Shown piece after piece: positions 58,427-59,250 of a stretch of DNA of 59,250 bases (its first letter is position 1; every line of letters starts with the position of its first letter). The translations under genes were made by a program, and so were the position numbers. The stretch lies in the NCBI GenBank assembly GCA_046052065.1, contig JBJOND010000005.1:1-59250 (forward strand). Direction: 5' to 3'. The notes below the pieces were generated by a model. That model saw only the letters and a list, made by a program, of their open reading frames with translations. It did no database searches and was not told the DNA's origin. The stretch comes from Bacteroidota bacterium (GTDB taxonomy: Bacteria > Bacteroidota > Bacteroidia > AKYH767-A > OLB10).

Positions 58427-59250
58427 TTACTTTATAAAACCGCAAACAGATTTAACTACTTGGTCAATTGACTCGTATTTAAAATTTAAATCTTTTACAA
58501 TTTTATTTCCATTATAGTACCTTTTCTGATGCGCTGAATACGCAGTCTCCTTTGTGATAAAAGGCTTTTGTCCTGTAATTCTGTATTTCATCCATTCAAG
58601 TCGCCAGACTACTTGCGATAAATAAAAAGGAACTTTCAGTGATGGTGGGTTAACTTTCAGCGCTTCTGCAATTTGATTAAACAATTCCTGAAAAGAAACA
58701 TTCGCAGCATTAAGAATATAACGTTCGCCGTTGATGGTGCTTTTATTTAGCTCGATAATAGCTTTGGAGACATCTCCCACTCCAACAAATCCGCTCACCC
58801 CATCGGTATAAAAAGGAAACTTATTTTTAATTTTCATAAACAACGACGAGCTATCCGTTTTCCAGTTACCCGCTCCTAAAACAATTGAAGGATTCACTAT
58901 GTTCACTGGCAGACCTTCAGCATGAGCACGCCATACCTCACGTTCAGCATTAAATTTACTCACGGAATAGACAGAATTATGTTTTCCCGGAATCCAGTCG
59001 CTATGTTCGTTTAATTCACCTGCATCTGCTACACGACCAAGTGTTGCAACCGAGCTCACATGTGTAAAGCAGGAAATATGTCCACAAGCTAAGGATGCAT
59101 TGACCATATTGGCTGTTCCCTCGGCATTTACCTTCATCATTTCGTTATAATCACGAGGATTAAATGAAACAACATTCGCACAATGAATAACATGGGTTAT
59201 ACCTTTCAAAGCATCATCAATTGATGAAATATCTAACACATCTCCACTCA
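58427..59250 (-). CDS. NAD-dependent epimerase/dehydratase family protein, 5'-truncated by the window edge
   Basis: Frame is open to the edge (SGDVLDISS...). It has VIHCA, HVSSVA, YSVSK (YxxxK) and VNPSIVLG. Confidence 0.88.
   Translation of the reverse strand, partial: SGDVLDISSIDDALKGITHVIHCANVVSFNPRDYNEMMKVNAEGTANMVNASLACGHISCFTHVSSVATLGRVADAGELNEHSDWIPGKHNSVYSVSKFNAEREVWRAHAEGLPVNIVNPSIVLGAGNWKTDSSSLFMKIKNKFPFYTDGVSGFVGVGDVSKAIIELNKSTINGERYILNAANVSFQELFNQIAEALKVNPPSLKVPFYLSQVVWRLEWMKYRITGQKPFITKETAYSAHQKRYYNGNKIVKDLNFKYESIDQVVKSVCGFIK

Noticed and set aside
1-59250. CRISPR array, tRNA/rRNA/tmRNA, prophage, integrase or IS element
   Set aside because: No repeat-spacer periodicity, cloverleaf or rRNA signature, phage structural gene, or recombinase/transposase motif was seen by eye; a short ncRNA could still be missed without Infernal.

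Overview
AT-rich Bacteroidota chromosomal segment, judged from TAnnTTTG-type promoters, gldD, T9SS cargo proteins and an IPExxxVDY protein. About 50 CDS are present, mostly housekeeping: tadA, pyk, mutY, ssb, HU, Rne/Rng, asd, scpB, leuS, ftsX, uppP, truB, queA, ispD, rlmN, riboflavin synthase, pdxA, pepA, mqnC, kdsB and several peptidases. Two accessory blocks stand out. (1) A ~6.9 kb defence island (5329-12213) carries an uncharacterised tandem KilA-C-like winged-helix + PD-(D/E)XK-like nuclease gene followed by a complete type I R-M system (hsdM-hsdS-hsdR). A GC-rich structured element with a bridging 48-codon ORF lies between hsdM and hsdS, and a truncated BNR/Asp-box gene remnant overlaps the hsdR stop, probably marking the right junction. 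(2) A very AT-rich pair of putative T9SS cargo genes (42619-46679). A 30-aa basic ribosomal-protein-like ORF missed by the ORF track is at 21421-21513. A shared GTGA-N6-TCAC palindrome lies at nearly the same distance upstream of two promoters. I found no rRNA, tRNA, CRISPR array, integrase or transposase. All product calls are from motif reading and recall of families; no database searches were run.
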